Below are positions 10,107-18,917 of a DNA stretch of 41,846 bases, one piece after another (position 1 is the stretch's first letter; each line of letters begins with the position of its first letter). The notes beneath the pieces are model-generated. The model did not search any database and had not been told where the DNA came from. It saw only the letters and a list, made by a program, of their open reading frames with translations. This DNA comes from an uncultured Bacilli bacterium (GTDB lineage: Bacteria > Bacillota_I > Bacilli_A > RF39 > UBA660), in the NCBI GenBank assembly GCA_947626095.1, contig CANQQV010000013.1:1-41846 (forward strand), read 5' to 3'. The translations under genes were made by a program, and so were the position numbers.

Positions 10107-11128
10107 GGTGTTGCAATAGCTCCTATGATTGTATCTATTACTTGTTCAACACTAACATTATCAGCAATAGCTGAGAAATTTAAAGATATACGATGTCTTA
10201 AAACACTATATCTTAGAGCTTTAACATCATCTGGAGTTACATAGGTACGACCACACATTAAAGCTAAAGCTTTGGAACATTCCATAAAAGCAATGGTACC
10301 ACGGGGACTTGAACCTAAATTAATATACTCAGCTATTTTAGGATTGATATATTTACTTGGATTTCTAGTTACTTCAATTATTTGAGCGATATATCTTTTG
10401 ATTGAATCATCTATATAGACTTTCTTAGTTATATCTTGAAGATATGATAAATCATCTAAGGTAAGAATAGCATTGCCTTCAGTAAAAATATTTTTTTCAA
10501 TACGATTTAAAACTTCAATTTCTTCATCCATAGTTGGATAAGTTATCTTTTCTTTAATTAAGAAACGATCTAATTGGGCTTCAGCTAAAGTATAAGTACC
10601 TTCTTGTTCAATAGGGTTTTGGGTAGCAATAACAATAAATATTTCGGGCAATTTATATCTTTTGTTATCAATAGTTATTTGTCTTTCTTGCATGGCTTCT
10701 AAAGTTGCACTTTGCGTTTTAGCACTTGATCTATTTATTTCGTCTAATAAAACAAAGTTGGCATAGATAGGACCAATTTTAGTTTCAAAACTATTATTAG
10801 CATAATTAAAGATTTGCGTACCAATAATATCACTTGGTAATAAGTCTGGTGTACATTGAATACGAGAGAATTTACCATTAACAGCTTCAGTTATAACTTT
10901 AGCAGCAGTTGTTTTGGCAAGACCTGGTACTGACTCTAATAAGATATGACCATTAGCCATTAAAGATATTAATAAAGAACGTTGTAAATTAGTTTGACCG
11001 ACAATACGCTCTTTATAATAATTAAAGATTTGATTAATTATGTTTTGGGCTTTAGTTAACTCTTCTTGAGTGATATTACTACTTTGCACCATTGTATTTT
11101 GATTATTTATTTGATTATTATTATTCAT
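10103..11128 (-). CDS. moxR: MoxR-family AAA+ ATPase
   Basis: HILLESVPGLAKT, RIQCTPDLLPSD, LLDEINR, ATQNPIEQEGTY, AQLDRF, LGSSPRG, VLRHRI. Confidence 0.95.
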   Translation of the reverse strand: MNNNNQINNQNTMVQSSNITQEELTKAQNIINQIFNYYKERIVGQTNLQRSLLISLMANGHILLESVPGLAKTTAAKVITEAVNGKFSRIQCTPDLLPSDIIGTQIFNYANNSFETKIGPIYANFVLLDEINRSSAKTQSATLEAMQERQITIDNKRYKLPEIFIVIATQNPIEQEGTYTLAEAQLDRFLIKEKITYPTMDEEIEVLNRIEKNIFTEGNAILTLDDLSYLQDITKKVYIDDSIKRYIAQIIEVTRNPSKYINPKIAEYINLGSSPRGTIAFMECSKALALMCGRTYVTPDDVKALRYSVLRHRISLNFSAIADNVSVEQVIDTIIGAIATP

Positions 11129-11235
11129 TTTTATCCCTTACTTCTTTATTCTTCGTTATCTTTATTATATTAAAAATAATCGTTTATAACAATTATTTTT
11201 CTCTTTATTTTAGAATATTAAATACTTTAACATAT

Positions 11236-11256
11236 AAAAACCTCGTTAAAGCGAGG
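11236..11256 (-). terminator. Intrinsic terminator of the 62-aa gene
   Basis: CCTCG...CGAGG stem next to an A5 run. Confidence 0.6.
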
Positions 11257-11271
11257 CTTTTGATATTAATC

Positions 11272-11460
11272 TTATTTTTTTCGAAAATATATTACAACGC
11301 CACCTATTACTAATAATAGTGATCCAACTGCCAAACCAACATGTAATAAGATATTATCCAAAGTATTAGGTACGCTTTCGACAATTGGGGCAGCATTGAC
11401 TTCTGTTATTGCAAATAAAATAGTAATTAGGCCAATAAATAATATTAGTTGACTTTTCAT
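11272..11460 (-). CDS. 62-aa protein: signal peptide, VPNT sorting-like motif, TM and RKK tail
   Basis: AAGGAGAG RBS; VNA|A signal cleavage site; VPNTLD followed by a hydrophobic helix and basic tail. Confidence 0.7.
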   Translation of the reverse strand: MKSQLILFIGLITILFAITEVNAAPIVESVPNTLDNILLHVGLAVGSLLLVIGGVVIYFRKK

Positions 11461-11565
11461 TTTAACTCTCCTTTACCCAAATGTTCTTTATTCGATTATA
11501 TCTTTAAAAGATAAAGAATTCAACCTTATATAAGGGAAAGATGGGATATTTAGTGAGTTTTTATA

Positions 11566-12924
11566 CTATATATTTAGTTTTTCTATTATAGAATGAGCGG
11601 CTTTTTTACCAGCTTCCATAGCTAAGATGACTGTTGCAGAACCAGTTACAGCATCACCACCAGCATAAACTTTTTGATTATTTGTTACACCTTCAGGAGC
11701 GATAATTAAACCTTTTTCATCAGTCTTGATATCACTATTTTCTGTAGCAATTGGGTTAGGCATAGTACCTAAAGCAACAACGATAGTATCACATGAAATT
11801 TCTTCGTACTTATCTGGAATTTCTTTAACTCCTCTTCGACCACTTTCATCAACATCAGTTAATTCCATTAAAGCAACTTTTAAACCTTTAACATTATAGT
11901 TTTCATCAATTAAGACTTCTTTAGGATTTTTAAGTAAATCAAAAACGATTCCTTCTTCAACTGCATGTTCGATTTCCGTTTTACGAGCTGGTAGTTCTTC
12001 CATTGTACGACGATAAACGATTGATACATCATAACCAATACGTTTTAAACTACGAGCAGCATCCATAGCAACATTACCACCACCAACAACTAAGGCTTTT
12101 TGGCCTTTTTTAATTGGGGTTTTGGCATTTTCTTCGTAAGAACCCATTAAGTTAATACGGGTTAAGATTTCATTGGCAGAAAAGACACCATTGGCATTTT
12201 CATTTGTTATACCTAAAAATTTAGGTAAGCCTGCACCAGTAGCAAGATATACATAGTCATAAGTATTTTCTAATTCTTCTAAAGTAATTGTTTTACCGAT
12301 AACAGCGTTTAATAAGAAACGAGCACCTAGTTTTTTTAAGTTATCCACTTCATTTTCTACTATTTTCTTTGGTAAACGGAATTCGGGAATACCATAAGTT
12401 AAAACACCGCCAGCTTTATGTAATGATTCATAAATAGTAACATCGATTCCTTCTTTTAGTAGTTCACCAGCACATGTTAGACCACTTGGACCAGAACCAA
12501 CAATAGCTACTCTTTTACCAGTTTTAGGCTTTTTATTAGTAGCATTTAAATTATTTGCTAAGGCATAATCAGCAACATAACGTTCGAGGGAACCAATGGC
12601 AATAGCATCACCTTTAAAACCTTTGATACACATTTGTTCACATTGTTTTTCTTGTGGACATACACGACCACAAATAGCTGGTAAAGATGATGAATTTAAA
12701 ATTATGTTATAAGCTTCGGCGATATTATCTTCTCTTAAAGCTTTAATAAATTTAGGAATTTCAATATTAACTGGGCAACCTTTAACACAACGAGGGTTCG
12801 CACATTGTAAGCAACGATTAGCTTCTTTTTTAGCTTCTTCAGCATTGTATCCTAAAGCAACCTCGGCAAAAGTATGAGATCTTTCATTAGGATCTAAGTT
12901 ACGCATTTTTACTTTTTCATCCAT
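11566..12924 (-). CDS. nfnB: NADPH-dependent GltD-like oxidoreductase, probably NfnB/SudA (often annotated gltA)
   Basis: RCLQC..PRCVKGCPV, CGRVCPQEKQCE, VGSGPSGL, YGIPEFRLPK, VGGGNVAMD, GGDAVTG; paired with a SudB-like gene. Confidence 0.85.
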   Translation of the reverse strand: MDEKVKMRNLDPNERSHTFAEVALGYNAEEAKKEANRCLQCANPRCVKGCPVNIEIPKFIKALREDNIAEAYNIILNSSSLPAICGRVCPQEKQCEQMCIKGFKGDAIAIGSLERYVADYALANNLNATNKKPKTGKRVAIVGSGPSGLTCAGELLKEGIDVTIYESLHKAGGVLTYGIPEFRLPKKIVENEVDNLKKLGARFLLNAVIGKTITLEELENTYDYVYLATGAGLPKFLGITNENANGVFSANEILTRINLMGSYEENAKTPIKKGQKALVVGGGNVAMDAARSLKRIGYDVSIVYRRTMEELPARKTEIEHAVEEGIVFDLLKNPKEVLIDENYNVKGLKVALMELTDVDESGRRGVKEIPDKYEEISCDTIVVALGTMPNPIATENSDIKTDEKGLIIAPEGVTNNQKVYAGGDAVTGSATVILAMEAGKKAAHSIIEKLNI

Positions 12925-13787
12925 TATTTATCACCACAATTTCCACATCCACCAGAATGGGACTCCCCTTCTAAATCTTTTAAGTATCTTCGACCTTCTT
13001 CATCTTTATATAAATTCATTCTTTTAATAGCAGCATCAAAATCAACTAAGTGACCATCAAATTCTGGACCATCAACGCAAGCAAATTTAACCTCATTATT
13101 AACTAATAAACGACAAGCACCACACATACCAGTACCATCAACCATAATTGGATTCATACTAGCAATAGTTTTAATATTTAGTTCTTTAGTTAAGTTACAA
13201 ACAAATTTCATCATCACAGTTGAACCCATAACAATACATAAATCATAATCGTGTTTTTCTTTTAAAGCATCAGTTACTAAGCCTTTCATACCATATGAGC
13301 CATCATCAGTGACAATGGTTAAATTATTACATACTTCTTTTAACTTATCTAAGATAATTAATAAATCTTTGTTCTTAGCACCATAAATAATATCAACATC
13401 AAGACCATGATTTTTAAAGTATTTAGCTTGAGGATAGACAGGAGCGATACCAACGCCACCACCTATCATAATGATTTTTTGACCTTTATACTTATCAATA
13501 TTAGTAACGACTTCACTTGGTTTTCCTAAAGGACCCGCAACACTAAATATTTCATTTTCGGTTTTACTAAGTTCTAAAGTTGAAGATCCGACTACTTGAT
13601 ATATCATACTTAAAATAGAAGTATCTTTATCATAATCGTAAATAGTTAAGGGAATACGTTCACTATCACTTTTAGCCATGACAATAACAAATTGACCAGG
13701 TAAAGCATTTTTAATAACTAAAGGAGCTTTTACCTCTAATAAATAGATATGATCACCAATTGGTTTATTTTTTAAAATCTTGTACAT
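12924..13787 (-). CDS. nfnA: NfnA/SudB-like ferredoxin-NADP reductase subunit
   Basis: PGQFVIV, ERIPLTI, GPLG, GGGVGIAP, TDDGSYG, MVDGTGMCGACR, FACVDGPEFDGH. Confidence 0.85.
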   Translation of the reverse strand: MYKILKNKPIGDHIYLLEVKAPLVIKNALPGQFVIVMAKSDSERIPLTIYDYDKDTSILSMIYQVVGSSTLELSKTENEIFSVAGPLGKPSEVVTNIDKYKGQKIIMIGGGVGIAPVYPQAKYFKNHGLDVDIIYGAKNKDLLIILDKLKEVCNNLTIVTDDGSYGMKGLVTDALKEKHDYDLCIVMGSTVMMKFVCNLTKELNIKTIASMNPIMVDGTGMCGACRLLVNNEVKFACVDGPEFDGHLVDFDAAIKRMNLYKDEEGRRYLKDLEGESHSGGCGNCGDK

Positions 13788-13835
13788 ATTATCACCTATT
13801 ATATTATAACATGCAAATGATAAAATTTTGAAAAT

Positions 13836-13860
13836 AAAAAAAGGTCAATTTGACCTTTTA
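13836..13860 (-). terminator. Intrinsic terminator overlapping a stop codon
   Basis: AAAAGGTCA-ATT-TGACCTTTT; stop codon at 13858-13860. Confidence 0.7.
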
Positions 13861-15021
13861 GAATGCTTTGCTTGGAGTTCTTTTTTCAAAGTACTGCATT
13901 GGTAATTCTAATGAATGATTTTTACAATAATTAAATAGCCATTGAGAACATTGTTGATGATGATTTAAATATGTAGCTTCTTCAGTAAATAAGTATGAAC
14001 GACTAAAGATACATCTTAGAGCTTGACTAATTGAATTTCTTTGTCTTACATATTCTCTAAAGCTTATTAAATCACTACCACGATAGTATATAGCACTATC
14101 TCTTTCGATAAGTTTAAGGGCTTTTTTATTGTGGATATAACGTGGTAAATTATGGAAAAATCTTACCATATTATGTGCTGGTTTTTGCTCTTCATAGTCA
14201 TAAGTAGGAACAATTTGATATTGACGAGAGAATGTGGCAGCGCTTTGGGTAAATTTTTCATCGACATCCGCAAAATCAATTTCAGAAATAGTTTGCATAG
14301 AAGTATAAACTGATGGTCTAGAAAAAATAGATGGTAGCGGTATCAAGCCAATGCTTTCATTAGATTTATCTTCTGGTGGAAGAATTTCAATATCAGGAAA
14401 TACAACTTCACCTAATAATTCTTCATTGATTGTTTCAATCGGTGTTATTACTTCTTCTTTAGGAGTGACAGTTGGTTTTTTTATTGTACGCTTTTTAGGT
14501 TGTGGATTTAGATTACGAGTGTTATAACTTATTTCACGCCTTATTGATTTCTTTAACTCTTTTAATTCTTCAGCTGACAAATTAGCTAAATTATTATATG
14601 ATTCATTAATAGCATTGATATTGCTTTCTCTTTTTAAGACTCTTAAATATCGAGCTATATCTTTTCTAAAAGTAGTAGTTTTTTCTAAGTAAGTATCAAT
14701 TACAGATTCTTCAACATTACGATTTTTTAAGATATTTTTAATTTTATTAATATAATAATTTAATTTCTTACGGAGATTGATAATGTCCTCTGAAGATGTA
14801 GCATTTACTATTTCTTGCGTTAAATCTGTAATTAACTCTTGAGCTTCAATTACTGCTTTATATTGTTTGGCATCAAGTTCAGAAGCATTAAGAATTTGAA
14901 CAACATCTACTACACTTTCATTAAAATTATTTCTATTACTAGATAAGCTTTCTTTTACCATTTTTAGTAAAGCAAGATGAGCTTGATTCATTTTATCAAT
15001 ACGTTTATTAATTTTCTTCAT
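13858..15021 (-). CDS. Hypothetical protein (helical N-terminus, K/P/E-rich linker, C-terminal domain)
   Basis: Long ORF; ATG 15021 follows AGGTGA; no recognised motif. Confidence 0.7.
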   Translation of the reverse strand: MKKINKRIDKMNQAHLALLKMVKESLSSNRNNFNESVVDVVQILNASELDAKQYKAVIEAQELITDLTQEIVNATSSEDIINLRKKLNYYINKIKNILKNRNVEESVIDTYLEKTTTFRKDIARYLRVLKRESNINAINESYNNLANLSAEELKELKKSIRREISYNTRNLNPQPKKRTIKKPTVTPKEEVITPIETINEELLGEVVFPDIEILPPEDKSNESIGLIPLPSIFSRPSVYTSMQTISEIDFADVDEKFTQSAATFSRQYQIVPTYDYEEQKPAHNMVRFFHNLPRYIHNKKALKLIERDSAIYYRGSDLISFREYVRQRNSISQALRCIFSRSYLFTEEATYLNHHQQCSQWLFNYCKNHSLELPMQYFEKRTPSKAF

Positions 15022-15130
15022 TTGTTTCACCTTTTTCTTTAGTTTTTAATTCATCATCCATTCCTTGTAAAATGGATAATAATTCAAGTAAAGAGCCATT
15101 ATCTAAATCTTCTAAATTAATAGTATCCAT
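15008..15130 (-). CDS. Unannotated 40-aa acidic protein MDTINLEDLDNGSLLELLSILQGMDDELKTKEKGETNEEN
   Basis: Manual translation; AAAGGGGAG RBS; TATAAT near 15157-15162; its stop overlaps the start region of the next gene. Confidence 0.65.
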   Translation of the reverse strand: MDTINLEDLDNGSLLELLSILQGMDDELKTKEKGETNEEN

Positions 15131-15230
15131 ACTTTTCTCCCCTTTTGTGCTTTGTATTATACAAATAAAATTAAAAATAGACAAATTTAGCTTAATTTTT
15201 CACTAAAAAAAGGTTATTTTTATAACCTTT

Positions 15231-16214
15231 TTAGAAGTGTCTTGATGCTCCGCCACCTCCAGATGAGCCACCGCCACCGGAAAAACCACCTCCGGAAAAA
15301 CCGCCGCTTGAGTAACCACCACTTGAGTAACCACCATAGTCTCCGCCTCTATCGTAGTAACCGCCACCAAAGCCACCTTTTTTACCATTATGACGAGGAT
15401 TGATAATAAAGGCTGACAAAAGTGCTCCAACAATTGCAAGAATAATTTCCGCAATAAGAGATTCGGTTATTTCAGAATTTAGATCATAAACAATCGATAA
15501 ATGTGATAAAGCATTAATAAGATATATATTGGATAATATAGCAAAAATGCATAGAATGACAAAAACTAAACGAACAGTTGCGTTATCTTTTTTGATAAAG
15601 AAGCCAAAGATTAAACCAGAAATCAAGCCAACTGCATATAACATCATTTTTAATGATTCGCGTTTTTTTATTTCAGTCATATTTTGAGCAGCTATGTTTT
15701 CGATTTTTATATTAGATGTATCAATTTCATAGTAATCACAGATTTTTTTATAAAGAGCTGAATAACCGTTTTTTATTCCTTCATCCCAATTGTCTTCTTG
15801 AAAGTAAGGAACAAAGTAATTATCTAAATAACGACCAGCTAAACCATCAGTAATAATTCCTTCTAAGCCATAACCAACTTCAATTCTTACATCTCGTTCA
15901 TGAGGGGCAAGTAGAATTAATAAACCATTATTTTCGTTTTCTCCACCAATACCAAATTTACGAAATAAAGCAGTAGCATATTTTTCGATGTCTTGGCCTT
16001 CTAAACTTTTTACAGTTACAACAACAATTTGAGCGTTAGTAGCACTGGCTAGTTTAACTGAATTACTCATTATATAATTTTCCGTTTCTTCTGATAAAAC
16101 ATTAGCATAATCATTAACGTAAAATTCTGATGTTGGTTCAACTAATGCCATTACTTTAGTAGTTATACAAAATATTAAAGTAAGAAAGAATAAGATTGGT
16201 AATAATTTTTTCAT
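15231..16214 (-). CDS. TPM-domain membrane protein with Gly-rich tail (YgcG-like)
   Basis: YVNDYANVLS, QIVVVTVKSL, NNGLLILLA, RIEVGYGLEG, and a GGFSGGGGSSGGGGASRHF end. Confidence 0.9.
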   Translation of the reverse strand: MKKLLPILFFLTLIFCITTKVMALVEPTSEFYVNDYANVLSEETENYIMSNSVKLASATNAQIVVVTVKSLEGQDIEKYATALFRKFGIGGENENNGLLILLAPHERDVRIEVGYGLEGIITDGLAGRYLDNYFVPYFQEDNWDEGIKNGYSALYKKICDYYEIDTSNIKIENIAAQNMTEIKKRESLKMMLYAVGLISGLIFGFFIKKDNATVRLVFVILCIFAILSNIYLINALSHLSIVYDLNSEITESLIAEIILAIVGALLSAFIINPRHNGKKGGFGGGYYDRGGDYGGYSSGGYSSGGFSGGGFSGGGGSSGGGGASRHF

Positions 16215-16227
16215 AAATACTTTTCCT

Positions 16228-16327
16228 TTCTATCTTTATAATTTAATTATATAAAAATCTAATTGGTTTTAAAATTAATTTCTAATTATTTGACATAAAA
16301 AATATGCTTATGGTAAGCATATTAATT
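16228..16327. repeat. Direct repeat copy 1 (terminator + promoter intergenic unit)
   Basis: Hand alignment to 18815-18917 gives 14 mismatches and one 3-nt gap over ~100 bp. Confidence 0.85.
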
Positions 16328-16546
16328 ATTGTTAAGTTCCTTATGAAAACTTTCCATAACTTGAAGAGCTATATCCATATCTAATTCTTCAATTAATGTT
16401 CCATTATCTTCCTTAACGATTAACCAATCATTACTATTATTAAAATCCATTATTAAGTAATAATATTGATTGTCATAAAATGTTTTATTAGTAACAACGA
16501 ATTTTTGATTATTTTTAATTATTAAAATATCTTTTAAATTATACAT
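16322..16546 (-). CDS. 74-aa hypothetical protein, cassette partner
   Basis: GAGGGCG RBS; 20 bp downstream of the 748-aa gene; its stop lies in the repeat's terminator. Confidence 0.7.
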   Translation of the reverse strand: MYNLKDILIIKNNQKFVVTNKTFYDNQYYYLIMDFNNSNDWLIVKEDNGTLIEELDMDIALQVMESFHKELNNN

Positions 16547-16566
16547 ATTATCGCCCTCATTCCCAT

Positions 16567-18813
16567 TTAATGCGATATTCCTAATATTTCATCTTCAAAG
16601 TTTTTTGGCTTGATAATTTCAATTTGTTTTTTTCCTTCTAAGACATTACGTAATCGATCTAGTATTGCATTAACTATATGGCAACCATAATGATTGGAAA
16701 GTAGAGGTGAATAACTATCACTTGAGTTAGAATTATTAACTGTTTGCCCAACAATTTTTTGGCCTTTATCTACTAATTTATCTATATATACACTTAGTTT
16801 GTCTTTTGGTTTAGATGAGAAACCATTATAAAATCTATTTTCACTATTATTATCAATAACATTCATCACATTAAGAACACGAGGATTATCCTGTTGAATC
16901 GTATCTTTTAAATGATCTTCTTGAATGGTTGTTATAATATTAAACAACATATCTACTTTATTATCATTACGATACAAAGCAGTCATGGCTTGCATCACCA
17001 TCATTGAATTAGTTAAATTATGTTTATAAATATTTTTATCCTTACCAAATAATTCAAACAATTCCTTAGCCATAATACTAACTCTATACTTAGTACTAAA
17101 TTCTTCTTCAAACGTAACGTTTGTTGGATTATTATTGGTTCCTAATAAATAATCAGGAACAAATGAATTCTTATCACGGTTTCTGTTATATATATAATAA
17201 AAGTAGGCAATCCAAAATTTTAAATTAGTACCTTTAGACTCATATGCTTTTTTATATAAAGTCAAAGTTGCTAGATATTTTTGCTTCCATTCTATTCTTT
17301 TTGGGGAATAGTTATGATAATGATTTAAATTTAAGTTATATTTTCTTTCTAAATAATTTCTAACAGTTTCGTTGTTTTCTAACTGATAATTTAAAACATC
17401 GTCAATTTTGTCTGGATATTCTAAAATATAAGATGATAAGGTATCTGATTCAAGCATATAAGAAATAGCACTTTCCTTTGTTGGTAACGAATACCTATAT
17501 TGATAAATCTGAACTAAATTACTAAAATTATTTCCTGCATAGGCTCTTTCAAATAAATATAGTTGACCTTTTCTTTGTTCAAAGTTTGGCGTTTTAGTAT
17601 AAAGACTTTCATTGAAAATATCATTATTTAAAAATTCTTTTAAATCTTCCAGTTTAATAGAAATGTTTATATATTTCTCATCATCGTCATCTAATTGATC
17701 CCAAAATTCGATTGTATCACCATTAATATTTAAACGCCCATGAGAAACAGAATTCCTTAAGTGAGTTATTAAGACCGGAGTTGGATAATAAAGATTATTA
17801 TCCGTCTTAGCCATTTTATTTGATATACAAAAAAATGATTCGCTAGAGTTTTGATTACCATTAGATAGTTGACTGTCATTAACTAATCTTGAAAAACTAC
17901 TGCTTAAGGTTTGAGCTTCTTGATTATTTAAATATAAAAAATAATGTTTGTTGAAAAATTTATCTTTTAATATTTCTTCTTCAGTAACTTGATTAGTAAT
18001 TTTAACCTGAAATTTGGAGCAATCAAAAAAGCATTGTTGTTTTTCTAAATATTTATCTAATACACTTTCTTTATTATAACTTAGCATTAAAGATAAGCTA
18101 ATAAGGACTTTAAGATTGGCAAAATCTTGACTTAAAGATAATAAGTTTTTAAATTCTATTTTTTCAACAGCTTTTGATGGTGTTGCAGCTTTATTTGGAG
18201 ATTCTTGAGCTTTTTTGAATTGGGTTACATCATCTTTTATGGCTTTATATGCAGCGAATAACATATGTACTAGTTGATTTGAAGAATTTTCGTGATTAGC
18301 TAAACTTTTTTCTAAAATGGAGATTAAACGATCTTTAGAAGCAACAATTGTTAGGTCTGGTTCTGATGTTGGACGATGTTTACTTATTAGAGTTAATAAA
18401 CCTCCATCTTCGTCGTAGTTTATCGAACCAGAGCCATGAGCAAATATATTTCTCATATGAGTAAAAATTTTTTTGTTATGATCACCCTCATTTGTGTTGG
18501 GGTGATCATCAGTTTGCATATTAAAACCTCTTGGATTATCTCTTAAAACAAAATAATCAACTACTTTTTTATCATCATCCATTGTAGCTGTTTTCCTTTT
18601 ATTATTTTTGTTAGTATCTTTATACTCAGGAATATTGTTTATGTTTGAAACGGTTTCTTTATCAGCAATGATAGCAATTGTAAATAATATAAATAATTTG
18701 ATATCTTCAAGTTCAGAGGGAGTTATACTTGAAAAATCTTTTATATTAAGACAGTTACAAAACTTTTTTATAATAGGATTTATATAATCTTTATAATTTT
18801 TCATTATTATCAT
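16567..18813 (-). CDS. 748-aa protein with two HEPN-like RxxxxH motifs (putative RNase/defence effector)
   Basis: IFTHMRNIFAHG (R121-H126) and LITHLRNSVSHG (R353-H358); the second is followed by GDTIEFWD. The start may be ATG 18804. Confidence 0.6.
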   Translation of the reverse strand: MIIMKNYKDYINPIIKKFCNCLNIKDFSSITPSELEDIKLFILFTIAIIADKETVSNINNIPEYKDTNKNNKRKTATMDDDKKVVDYFVLRDNPRGFNMQTDDHPNTNEGDHNKKIFTHMRNIFAHGSGSINYDEDGGLLTLISKHRPTSEPDLTIVASKDRLISILEKSLANHENSSNQLVHMLFAAYKAIKDDVTQFKKAQESPNKAATPSKAVEKIEFKNLLSLSQDFANLKVLISLSLMLSYNKESVLDKYLEKQQCFFDCSKFQVKITNQVTEEEILKDKFFNKHYFLYLNNQEAQTLSSSFSRLVNDSQLSNGNQNSSESFFCISNKMAKTDNNLYYPTPVLITHLRNSVSHGRLNINGDTIEFWDQLDDDDEKYINISIKLEDLKEFLNNDIFNESLYTKTPNFEQRKGQLYLFERAYAGNNFSNLVQIYQYRYSLPTKESAISYMLESDTLSSYILEYPDKIDDVLNYQLENNETVRNYLERKYNLNLNHYHNYSPKRIEWKQKYLATLTLYKKAYESKGTNLKFWIAYFYYIYNRNRDKNSFVPDYLLGTNNNPTNVTFEEEFSTKYRVSIMAKELFELFGKDKNIYKHNLTNSMMVMQAMTALYRNDNKVDMLFNIITTIQEDHLKDTIQQDNPRVLNVMNVIDNNSENRFYNGFSSKPKDKLSVYIDKLVDKGQKIVGQTVNNSNSSDSYSPLLSNHYGCHIVNAILDRLRNVLEGKKQIEIIKPKNFEDEILGISH

Positions 18814-18814
18814 C

Positions 18815-18917
18815 TTCTATCTTTATATTTTAATTATATAAAAAATTGGGTTATTTTGAAATTAATTTCAATTTAATTGACATAATAAAAAATATGCTTT
18901 TAGTAAGCATATTAATT
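18815..18917. repeat. Direct repeat copy 2 (dapA terminator + promoter)
   Basis: Shares TTCTATCTTTATA, TTTAATTATATAAAAA, AAATTAATTTC, TGACATA and AAAAATATGCTTnnnGTAAGCATATTAATT with copy 1. Confidence 0.85.

Noticed and set aside
15245-15378. GC-rich CCACC/CCGCC repeats
   Set aside because: Explained by Gly codons of the TPM protein tail.
15203-15454. 83-aa minus-strand ORF
   Set aside because: Alternate frame of the Gly-rich tail of the TPM gene.
16228-18917. CRISPR-Cas13 locus
   Set aside because: No repeat-spacer array or cas1/cas2 in the window; the flanks are only two ~100-bp intergenic copies; both HEPN motifs are in the N-terminal half, unlike typical Cas13.
16228-18917. IS element or prophage
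   Set aside because: No transposase, integrase, terminal inverted repeats or phage genes.
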